A stretch of 64,000 bases of DNA from Octopus vulgaris (lineage: Eukaryota), in assembly GCA_951406725.2 (NCBI GenBank), contig OX597816.1:128712001-128776000 (forward strand). The letters run 5' to 3'. A model generated the notes under the pieces. It ran no database searches and was not told the DNA's origin. It saw only the letters and a program-made list of their open reading frames with translations. Shown piece by piece: positions 52,763 to 64,000 of the stretch (positions are counted from its first letter, which is position 1; each line of letters starts with the position of its first letter). Made by a program: the position numbers and the translations under genes.

Positions 52763-55700
52763 CTCATGACTTTTCCATGTCATTTTTCAGATGACAATTT
52801 GTTTCAAACCACTAGTTGATGGTGTTTTAGTTGCTATTTCTGGTAGGTCAAGGCTCTTTCAATTGGTTCAATGTCATAATATTGGTTTATACCCTTAGCA
52901 CAATTTAAAAAACAAAAACTGGTCCCTGTATTTGATTGACATTTATTATATCAATCCTAAAAGTACGACAGGTAAAATTGAATTTGGTAGGATTCGAAAT
53001 AACAACAGCTTAAGTAGCTCCAACACTACTTCTGTGCGATCCCCCCCTCCTCAATAATACTAATAATATTTTAAAAATTCCTGCTAATGTGTTAGATGGA
53101 GAGCAGAGAGAATAATGAGAAATGAAAATACTGTAGATCTATGGACAATTTTATTTTCTCACAGAACATAACAGAAAAGTAGTTTACGGTGTTCTGCACT
53201 AATGCGTGTGGCAAAATATGAGAAAATACCAACAGCAAAAGAATTGCCCTCCAGAGACAGCTTCAATAATCTTCCTGTCAGACCAATACCCAAAAGGCTT
53301 GTTAACATTGAAATGATGTACATCTTTCCAAAGCCAAAGAGTTTACATTGAGAACAGTTTCTCTTTCTACCCGGATTTCTTGATGTTCTGTGTTCGCATA
53401 AAGACTTTGATAAAATAAATCAACGCTGTCCTCTGATGTGCATCCTTCAACACTTTAGCAAATAACGACATACGCAGCAATCCCCTTGTGAGGCTGCTAA
53501 CAACTCGTCTGTTTACATCATGTTACAGACAGAAACACACACATTTCTTATACAAAACCAAATATGTATCATTAGTTTGTCACCCAGCTTGAAGTATCAC
53601 TGCAACACACACTCATATATATTCTTGAGGAAGAGAGTTGTGGCTTCCTTTATATCACTCAAACAACTACTGATGTAGGAAATGTCAAAACTTTAATTGA
53701 CCTATGTATGCTTTGAGAGTTCAGGCGACTGCGATACAATATTTTTTTTAAATACATCAATTGCTTTCTAGATTGCACGCTGTTGTTGTTTAGCCCCAGG
53801 TCAGGCCTCATCAAGTCAATCAATGATGGAAAACGTCCCAATCATAATCATTCTGTCTTTTGTTTATTCTTAGGGATGTGTAGGACTACAAATGTGTCTT
53901 TTCCTTTCTTAAGAAGTGTGAAATGTGAAAAAATGTAGCTGCTATTTTTAGTAGGTCAGCTGATGACATAAGGACTCTTATTTTAGCTCCTCTGATGTTT
54001 CATAATTAGGGGCACAAAGCATAAGATAGGAAAACTTTAATATAAAGTAGAACTATGGCGGATTCATGACTGAGTCTCAGTTCAAGATGAATATTCAAGG
54101 TGACTAGCCACTAGCAAATTACAATATGGAAGATCAAGAGGGATTTTATAGAAACTTCTTTGAAGAAGTTACCAAACTATCCAATAGGTCTCTCACATGA
54201 TTAAAATCAGTTATAAAGATTGCCAGAAGTTTCTCATGCAAAAATATTTTGTGTTACATTCCAATGAAGTTTATCTTCTGACTAGTTCCACACTTCTTTA
54301 CATGCTTGACTTATCTCCCTTTTATTTTGTTACATTTTCCAAAACGGAGTAGGCGTTGAAGGGGCTATATTTTGAGATAAGGGAAATTTCAACAAGTTCC
54401 AGATGATATTGGAAGATCTACAAGAAAAGTACAAAAAGAATAGTTCTGTGGTTCTTTTGAGGAAAGAAAATTGTGTTGAGATCTTTCTGTGTATTCCCAA
54501 GAGGATTATTTGAAACAGTGTTACCTGCTTGTGGAGGCATATGGCTTAATGAATAGGGTGATGTGCTCACGATCATAAGATTATGGATTCAATTCTTGTG
54601 TGTTTGTATGTGTGTGTGTGTGTGTGTGTGTGTAAAGGCAAGATCCAAGGATCCAGGAGTAGGAATTTAATAAGCTTCAATGAGTACCCCTCATTGAGTA
54701 CCTCCTGATAAGTACCCCTCGTTATTACTATCTCCAAGGTTCTGCTAGCTAGGAAACATATTTAGCTTGGATTTTACCGACCCCATTCTCTAAACTTGGA
54801 TTATATATATATATACATATCCTAAACAAACTTCACTGCTATTGGTGATTGATTAAAACCTGAAATGATCTGGAGGTGCTACATTATAACAACAGCTGCA
54901 GAAATTCTTGCATAGAATTAACAGACTTTATTTTGAGAAGTACGCCACAAATGAATCCCCCGCAACACATTAATTGGCAATACAATGTTCCTATCAAAAT
55001 AAAAGCATTAATTTCTGATCCAATTTTAGAGTGCAAATCACATGCACAGTATTATTGAAATACACCACCATGGAACTCTGGTCACATGTATTCTGATTAA
55101 GATTTGGAAAACTTACTTTTTTTTCAGTGTGGGATCTTAAAACTGCTGCTTTTACACTTATTTTCATTATTGAATGTTGTTATTTGTTCATAGGAATAAT
55201 ATATTGTTTGCTAGTTTTATTCACATATAGCAATTATAATGAGAAAATTAAAACCAAGCTCTTGTCATCTTTCTATGTAAGTAATTATATGTTATATGAT
55301 TAAATACTTTAAATTGGATGTTATACATCATAAGGTTAACTGCTCATATATTACTATGGAACATAGTTATTATTTCTATTTTCAGTTTAATGATTATTTT
55401 TCTCCCTAAGATTTCTCAACATTCTCACTCTTGTTGCTAAAATCATTAAACACTGACTGAAGTTCTTAAAAATGTGTAAGGAGGAGGAAACCAAATAATT
55501 TAAAAATAGATCTTGTTAGGAAATACAAATATGAAATGTGTATATATATTTGTTTCATTCATCATTATTTTAATATTTAATAGTTACAACAGTGAATTCA
55601 AATATTGTTTCCTTATTTTCTTATTGACAACATTTTGAAACATAAATAACCATGTTTTGGAAAAGCATCTTTAAACATTAAAAATAACATGTATTTCAGA

Positions 55701-57659
55701 ATGCATGTGTTAAGTATGAGAATGAATTAAACCTTTCACAGTGAAATTCATAAACACAAACTCTTTAATATTAAATGAATTCACAAACACACATTCTTAT
55801 ATAAAATCACATAGTGACAGAATAACAGCCAACCATATTAGGCGATGTTAAAATATTCAGTTTATGCTTAGATGTGACTGATTTAACCTTGAGCCTTCAA
55901 AGTTGTTCAAGAAAATCAAGAACTGAGTGCTTCTACTGCCATGACTATGAGAAAGTAAATCAGTGAAATGCCACTCCAATATACACCTGCTTTGCAAGTA
56001 CAACAACCTCTGTCTTTTGAAACAAGCTCACACCACCCACTTAATTTCTTTGATGGGTATTAAGTGCTGTGTTTACATTAGTTCCCTCACCATCTGTGAC
56101 TAAGCAAAGCTGATATCTCCCAACTCTTAGACAACCAGCTGTTAAGATAAAAACAAAGTTATAGCTTTAATCAAGTTTCTATTTAATAATAAATCTGAAA
56201 ATACTTGTACTGCTGTTGCTGTCGTTGATGATGATGATATTTGCATCACTACCACCACCATCATCACCACCACCAACAACAACACCACCGCGGCCGCAAC
56301 CCCACCACTACCCATAACCATCATCATCATCATCATCATCATCAACAACAATAACATCCTCATTAACAGTATCATATTTTTTATCCCTTTCTTCTTCCTG
56401 TTTTATGAATAAAAAGTTTCTTTTTCATTTCCCAGATCTTTTGAAAGTCCAAAATGACTAGTCGTAATGTCGACAACAACAACAACATACATACAGAACA
56501 ACCTTCCTACTGTAACCAATATACCAAATTCACACACAAGGCTTTGCTTAACCTGGGGACTAATAAATAAAGACACTTACCTAAGGTACCATGCAGCAGA
56601 GCAGAACTCCGAACTGCATAGTTACAAAGCATACATCTTAGCAACACAACCATACCTATATTAGTTATAAATAAAGACAAGCTTTCTATATCATCATTGT
56701 GACCAAACACAGAATCAAAAAAATTATAAACACAGTAATGGTGTATTCAAACTAAAACAAAAATCAAATACATCTAATCTTTTTTTATTTTCCTCCACCT
56801 TTTGTTCACGTCATCACCATCATTTTCATCATCTTTTATCAGCATTTTCATCTAGGTGGTACGAGGCAGAAAGAGATTTACAGAAGAGCCTCCTCACATT
56901 TTCAGTCATTTCTGCTTCTGACAAATTGGATGGACTTCTCTCCTCATCTAAACGTTGATAATCCATGGCAACAAAGATGCTTTATACTTTAATCAACTAG
57001 ACAGCAGAAGCAGTAATGGATACCTTTTCTCTATCCATCTGTCAACTGTATAACACTTCTCCAAAACCTAGAGATATTTCTCACCTAAGTAGTTCATTAA
57101 AACTTATTTGGTTGCTATTAAGACAAAAATGAAAGCCTTCAACACTTGAATGACTGCTTCCTAACATTTACTGTCTATTTCCTTCAGTTATAACACTGAT
57201 AAAGAAACCACACAACTTGCTAAAGATTCTTTCATGCAAGAACATCCATTTATGGTTGTTTGTTACATCCAAGAAAGAGCGACATTGGCAAAATTGTTAG
57301 TGCATGAGACAAAATACCTTGAAGTATTTAGTTATAACTCTTTATATTCTGAGTTCAAATCCTGCTGATGTCAACTTTACCCTTAATCCTTCAGGGATTA
57401 AGATGATAAAAAGTAAAATACTAGTCAAATACTGGGGTTGATTTACATTCCTACAATACATCCTAATTGGGACTTTGACTGTGTGGTTAAGAAGTTTGCT
57501 TCCCAAATACATGATTTCAGGTTCAGTCCCACTGCATAGACAAGTGTCTTCTTCTATAACTCTCGGCCAATCAAAGTGGATTTCATAGACAGAAACTGAA
57601 AAAGCTCGTCATATATGTACACGCGCGCAAGCGTGTGTGTGTGTGTGTGTGTTTGTATT

Positions 57660-58062
57660 TTATCTTTTATTTGTTTCAGTCATTTGACTGTGGCCATGCC
57701 TTGAGGAATATTAGTTGAACTAATTGACTCCAATACTTATTTTCTTTTTCAACCTGGTACTTATTCTATCAGTCTCTTTTGCCAAACTGCTAAGTTACAG
57801 GGACATAAACACACCAACACTAGTTGTCAAGTGGTGGGATGGTAACAAACACACACATACACACACACTCACACACACATACACAATACATACACACACA
57901 CACACGACAGGCTTCTTTCAGTTGCTGTCTACCAAATTCATTCACAAGACTTTGGTTGGCCTGAGGTTATAGAAGCAGACATTTACCCAAGGTGTCATAC
58001 AACGGGATTGAACCCAGAACAATGTGGTTGGGAAGCAAACATCTTACCACACAGCCATGCTT
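57660..58062 (-). mobile_element. SINE family A, full length
   Basis: Revcomp colinear with 42016-42396. Confidence 0.9.
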
Positions 58063-58081
58063 GATATATATATATATTAAT

Positions 58082-58398
58082 TTTATTCTTTATTTATACG
58101 CCCTTTTCAAGCCTAGCCAGGCTCATGGGGTCTGGTTTCCCGGTTTCTGTGGTGTATGTGTTCCACCCAGCTGGACTGGACGCCAGTCCATTGCAGTGTT
58201 ACTCAAGAAACAGGAAGAAAGCATGAGAGAAAGTTGGAGCAAAAGGGTACAACAGAGGTCGCCACTACTCCCTGCCAGAGTCTCATAGAGCTTTTAGGTG
58301 TTTTCGCTCAATAAACACACACAACATCTGGTCTGGGAATCGAAACCGCGATCCTCCAACTGCGAGTCCGCTGCTCTAACCACTGGGCCATTGCACCT
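58082..58398 (-). mobile_element. tRNA-headed SINE, separate family
   Basis: Revcomp: ggtgcaatggcccagtggttagagcagcggactcgcag...ggtttcgattccc (A and B boxes); body contains gcaatggactggcgtccagtccag; A-rich tail. Confidence 0.8.
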
Positions 58399-61172
58399 AC
58401 ACACACACATATATATATATACATGTATACATGTTTGTATGTATATGTGTATGTGTGTGTTTATATTCCCTTATTTTGACATTAGAGGATATTTATAAAT
58501 AAGCATCCTCATCATACAAGTTGAATTCTTCATTTGCAGCCAACCATAGGAAATTTGCCTCAATGAATTGACCTATGCAATCATAGAAAAGTGGACATCA
58601 AAAAGAACAATGATGATAGTGGTGGCAGCAGTGACACCAACATAAACTCTTTGAAAACGCTTAGCCTTACAACCTTTGATGATCTTTCCTTCTGACCACA
58701 CATTTCTATACAGGATAAAGTATCAGAAATTATAGGAAGTTTCTGTTACCTTTAGAAAGGTAAACATTGAGAAATATTTCAGTCTTAAAGCATTACTGAC
58801 AATATATACAGTTACTAATATGCCTTACAATGGATTAATTATCATAGATTAGACATAGTGCACCCCTACACATACACACACACACTAACACATACATGCA
58901 CACACACACACACTAACACACACATGCATGTACACATGCACACAGACATGCATGCATGCACATACACATGCATACACACATACACACACACACACACACA
59001 CAGAGGCATCTGTATCAGATCGAAAAGGAGATATTTGCCTAATTATCAAATTTTCCCTCATCAATACACCCACTGCAATGACTAGCCACTGTTCTCTTCT
59101 GGCAATGCCATATCCTACTTTAATCTCCTGTGCAATTCTACAATTATGTCTTTTCCTCTAAGCTTCCTAACTTTATATCATTTCCAGCTTGACCAACTCT
59201 TTATCACCATCATTTTAATCTCCAATTTTTCATACCGCTCTATGAGTCAAATGGAATTCAATGTAGCAGATTTTTCTACAGCTGGATGTTCCTTCTATCA
59301 ACAACCCCCACTTCCACTAGCTTCCAAGCAAGGTTACCCTTATTTAACAATGTTCAATCCATACATAGAACTGCAAAATCTATGTATTCTCTTTAACAAA
59401 TAACAGTCAAGTATTCCAACTGCACATTAACTTATCAACCTCATTCAGTAATTTATGAACTCTAGCAATGATGAGCCACAAAACCTATAAACATTGTCAG
59501 CCTTTCTCAAACTAATTAACTTTACAAATATTTCCAATTGTTTTTTTGGTCTCAGTTCTGTCAAAGAAACTACTCTCACAAAATTATTTCAACACTTCTT
59601 AATTTAATCTTTCACACATATTAAGAATTAACTCTTAATCCTAATTCATTGACTCTGTATCTCCAGTCATATAATCTAAGACGATTTAACAAAATAAGAA
59701 CTTACCCTATCCAAACTGCTACTTCTGTGCCCTTGTGCTTTCTGAATTTTCCAACACTTTCATCTCCTTAGAGACTTTTCCCAAGTGGAAAAAAGTAATT
59801 TCTTAACTTGTAGCTTAATTTCTCTCTTCATCAATCATGCTATAAGCTTCAAAATCAATTCATATATGCCATAATTCTTCTTTTTAATCAATCAACAATT
59901 ACTTTATATGTCATTCCAAAAACTATCAACACCTTTTGTTGGCGATGGCTTCTATCATTATATCTCATCTCTTATTCACCAAAAACCTGTGAAAACTTGT
60001 CTTTGGTATTAAATAGTTCTTCTCTTCAAGGATACAAGTTCTTACACACACACGTGCACACACACAGACATACATACACACACATGCACACACACATACA
60101 CACACACAGTCCAGTGCATTCCAGCATGGTAAATAGACTGATAATAACAAGGAGGATGACAGATATGCATGTGTGTGGGGGTGCATGTGTGCACACATAT
60201 GTTTGTGAATGTATGTTTGTTTACATTTATTTGTGCTTTTCCAAAATTTGCTGAGTTACAAGTGATTATGTTGTTGACACACACGTATATATGATGGGCT
60301 TCTTTCAGTTTCCATCTGCCAAATCCACTCACAAGGCTTTGGTTGGCTCGAGGCTATAGTAGAAGACACTTGCCCAAGGTGACATGCAGTGAGACTGAAC
60401 CCAGAACCATGTGGCTGGGACGTAAACTTCCTACCACACAACCACTCCTGTGCCAATTATCAAAGGTCTTTTTTTATTATCAAAGAATGCTTTACACCAA
60501 ATACTTCCAACCATGGAATACTAGAATTTTTAGCCATGATTCAATACAATTGATGCTGCATTCTTTATTGTTGTTGCATTTTTGTTTTTGTTGCATTCTT
60601 TTGGGGTCCCCCACCCCTTTCAAATCGGTAGGCTGGCATGTACACCTCTGAAAATTTTCTTTCTTGTATTCTTGAAAATATTTTAGAAACATTTTAAAAG
60701 CAATTTTTCTGTGTGGTGAAAATTCTTACTCTGATAACCTACAGTGTCTGACATCCCCAATAAACAGTCACTTTTATTTTCGCTACTATAACCACAATAG
60801 TCTCACTATCTTCCTTCCCATGAATCAAGCTAAGACTCACTGCTTTCACTCAAGCTGTCTACATAGGAGTAAGGAAATATCGAATTCTTGAACTAATTGT
60901 CGAACAGCCTCAGGCTAAAGCTCTGTGAAAGGGTAGATGCAAATTAAAGCAACTAATGGAATGGCAGTGCTGAGGAATATGAGACTTATGAAATACTTTG
61001 GAGAAATATGTAGAAGCAGTAGCAACCTGACTATTTGTTCACAAATTCTTGTAGTGTTATATGTTAATAAATATAAAAGAAAGAGGTTCAAAAAATTTAG
61101 CATACCAAACTTACTTTCTGGTTAAAATACATAAACTCAGAGAGAGATAGACAAGTAGGCAGAGACAGAGAC

Positions 61173-61207
<35 letters not shown>

Positions 61208-61433
61208 GTGAGCTGGCAGAAACATTAGCACGCCGGGCGAAATGATTAGTGGTATTTCGTCTGCTGCTACATTCTGAGTTCAAATTCAGTCGAGGTTGAC
61301 TTTGCCTTTCATCCTTTTGGTGTCGATTAATTAAGTGCCAGTTATGCACTGGGGTCGATATGATCGTCTTAATCCGTTTGTCTGTCCTTGTTTGTCCCCT
61401 CTGTGTGTAGCCCCTTGTGGGCAGTAAAGAAAT
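61208..61433 (+). mobile_element. SINE family B, full length, inserted in (GACA)n
   Basis: gtgagctggcagaaacattagcacgccgggcgaaat...gagttcaaattc...gggcagtaaagaaata. Confidence 0.95.
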
Positions 61434-62128
61434 AAGACAGACAGAGACAGAGATGGGGGTGCAATTTACTCTTGCTGATGACAGACAGATTGTGTCACTA
61501 ATGTGGACTTTGATGGTGTGTGGGGTTGAACTTAAAGTCTCCAGTAAACAATATCTATGATATTGCAACAAGAACAAAAATTGAAGTAGCAACAGCAACA
61601 ACAACAGAAGTTAAAATACTCCAAAATTACTGATGCAAATAAAAAACTTTTAGTCATTCCCTTCACTCATTTCCCCATACTTTGAAAAGCATGCTTACTA
61701 CAAATACTATATTAATTAGTAAAAGTAACTATTTTACCTCTAAATTAAATGATTTAGCCATACATTTCCATTAGTAAATTCAACACATTATTTCAAATAT
61801 TTCCCACATCATAAACATAGTTATGGCTGCATAGTAAGAAGTTTGCTTTCCAACCATATGGCTCTAGGTTCAGTCACTGGATTTCTGGAAACTGAAAGGA
61901 GCATATCATACACACACACACGCACATACATATTTGTAACTTGTATAGACCATGTGCACAAAACCTGAAGATTACTTGGAGACACTAGGCAAGTTTTTAA
62001 ATCTGCCAAGATAAGATCTTCAGTGTGTGAAACTATTAATGGCTCATAAGTAAATACTGTGTATATTAACAATATATATCTCTCACCAGATGACATACTC
62101 TTTTTGTTATCATACCCAAATGGGAAAG

Positions 62129-62171
<43 letters not shown>

Positions 62172-62343
62172 GATATATCATCATCATCGTCGTTGTTTAA
62201 TATCTGCTTTCCATGCTGGCATGGGTTGGATGGTTTTACTGAGGGCTGACAAGCCAGAAGGCTACACCAGGCTCTAATCCAATCTGGCAAAGTTTCTACA
62301 GCTGGATGCCCCTCCTAACGTCAACCACTCCGAGAGTGTAGTG

Positions 62344-62722
62344 GATGCTTTTTACATGCCACCAGCATGAGGGCCAGTCAGGCGGCACTGGCATCGACCA
62401 CACTTGAATGGTGCTTTTTACATGCCACCAGCACAGGAGCTAGTCAGAGGGCACTGGCAACAACCACGCTCAAATGGTGCTTTTTACATACCACCAGCAT
62501 GGGACAAGTCAGCTAGCACTAGCATCGGCCATGCTCAAATGGTGCTTTTTACACAAGCACAGGAGCCAATTAGGTGGCACTGGCAACGATCACACTTGAA
62601 TGATGCCTATACATGCCACTGGCAGGGGACCAGTCAAGTAGCACTGGCATTGACCATGCTTGAATGGTGCTTTTTACATGCCACTGGCATAGGTGCCAAT
62701 CAGGCAGTACTGTCAATCAGCC
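62344..62722. repeat. ~65-bp minisatellite, six units, adjoining an RTE tail
   Basis: Unit starts (gRtgctttttacatgccacc...) at 62344, 62410, 62476, 62541, 62602, 62666. Confidence 0.9.
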
Positions 62723-62732
62723 TGTATGTGTA

Positions 62733-62806
62733 GAGCACTATACTAATACATTTGTTTGTTTGTACTCCACCTGCCTTCATCTTTTGTTTATTTTCGTAAA
62801 CTTTCC

Positions 62807-62810
<4 letters not shown>
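62733..62810 (+). mobile_element. 3' part of the 42421-42598 mini-element family (no hammerhead)
   Basis: ctatactaatacatttgtttgtttgtactccacctgccttcatcttttgtttattttcgtaaactttccc, followed by (TA)n. Confidence 0.9.
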
Positions 62811-62848
<38 letters not shown>

Positions 62849-63066
62849 AACATTTGGAACGTTTTCTTTCTCTCTCTTCTATATTTTCTCTTTTCAAAGA
62901 AAATATTTCTCCTAGCATTCACTATTTTTCTCTTGTTCTGGTCTGTTTGTTTTCATTCAGTTTCCCTGTGTGTCTCCACTGTTCTGTCCTTGTTCCCAAC
63001 TTTGATCCTCCATATATATATATGGATAGATAGATAGATAGATACATACATACATACATACATACA

Positions 63067-63102
<36 letters not shown>

Positions 63103-63434
63103 TATATTATTTATATTATATTTATTTAATTGAACACCATGCATCCATTTCCAAGTAAGTTTATATTAACCTTTTTGATGTGACTCTATACTGTTTTCTT
63201 CCTCTATCATTCTCTAATTCTCTTTTTCTCCCCTTCCCTCTTTCACCGTTTTCTACCTCTCTCTCTCTCTCTGTCTCCCTCATTCTCTTTTTCTCTTTCT
63301 CTCCCTGCTCACATGTGACCATCGTCTATCTTTCTTTTCCCCATGTGACCATCTTTCTTTTTCTGCATGAACACTCAAAGGACTGGACATTCCTCTTTAG
63401 CCAATATAGTGATTTCCGCACCCTAGAGTGCAGA

Positions 63435-63648
63435 ATGTCACTCCGATGAAGAACAACTCTTCACAAACAACAAATCCACTACCCACAATACAGACAGATA
63501 CAGGCCAGTGAGCACATAGAAAGATGTGCTAGGAACCTTAAACGGAACTTCCTAATTTTCCCTTTTTATGAATGTTGATAGAACACAGTACAACAAAGAT
63601 TAGATAAAGAGCAACTTTCATTAATAAATATCATCCACAATGCAACAT
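63435..63648 (+). mobile_element. Penelope-like element GIY-YIG endonuclease C-terminal remnant
   Basis: MSLR*RTTLHKQQIHYPQYRQIQASEHIERCARNLKRNFLIFPFYEC**NTVQQRLDKEQL/FINKYHPQCN fits the L..R...H......H...R...E..FI.K..P.LN pattern. Confidence 0.75.
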
Positions 63649-64000
63649 GAACACACAACTTAATACAGGATACTACTAACCTTACCAATACCAATAATCC
63701 CACTAATCTCCATACATCCCATACACCATTCATATTCCAGTATTTATATCTACCTTAATTGTATCACTTCCAGAACTGTTTACTTCCCTTGCATGAAATC
63801 TCTTCACTCGGGTACTATTAAACTCAACAGTGTTTGGAAATCGGTGATCAGCTCTGATGATATCAGTACGACTTTGAATCTGTATAATGATTCATAATAA
63901 TGATTTTTATACTTCATAATTACACATCAAATCATCTAATTATATGTATATATCTTTGCTTTTCTTTAAAAAAGCCTTTATTTTTTATATCTAATGTTCA

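Noticed and set aside
57085-57195. Minus-strand segment bounded by acceptor- and donor-like sites
   Set aside because: Stops in all three frames from the acceptor; no other support.
59400-59960. Possible highly decayed non-LTR RT on the minus strand
   Set aside because: Only faint motif echoes (LLID, IDF.AY); too degraded to call.
62344-62722. CRISPR-like repeat/spacer appearance
   Set aside because: The 'spacers' are homologous to each other, the context is eukaryotic and there are no cas genes; it is a minisatellite.
63836-63870. gaaatcggtgatc-agct-ctgatga as a permuted hammerhead
   Set aside because: Core words are present but I could not build a convincing helix I or II.

Overview
AT-rich, CpG-poor, microsatellite-saturated eukaryotic non-coding DNA. 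The SINE families, RTE LINE tails and repeat density match my recollection of an Octopus (coleoid cephalopod) genome; that assignment is inference. I recognise no intact host protein-coding gene. Nearly all ORFs in the supplied track are microsatellite read-through or transposon debris, and there is one weak candidate first exon (minus strand, ~39178-39213). The window is a nested transposon landscape: at least 4 tRNA-headed SINE families, RTE, CR1-like and R4/Dong-like LINE fragments, a split mariner, a Helitron with a helicase remnant, piggyBac- and hAT-type MITEs, and a Penelope GIY-YIG remnant. The most notable signal is a set of short elements, mostly inside or beside microsatellites and often folded back into 150-490 bp palindromes. 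They carry minimal type-I hammerhead-ribozyme motifs (CUGANGA...GAAA, palindromic helix III, NUH) in at least six different sequence families, including a tRNA-headed SINE with a hammerhead tail and a family with a U6 core variant. These look like non-autonomous Penelope-type pLTR elements. Catalytic activity, copy number and novelty cannot be established from sequence alone.
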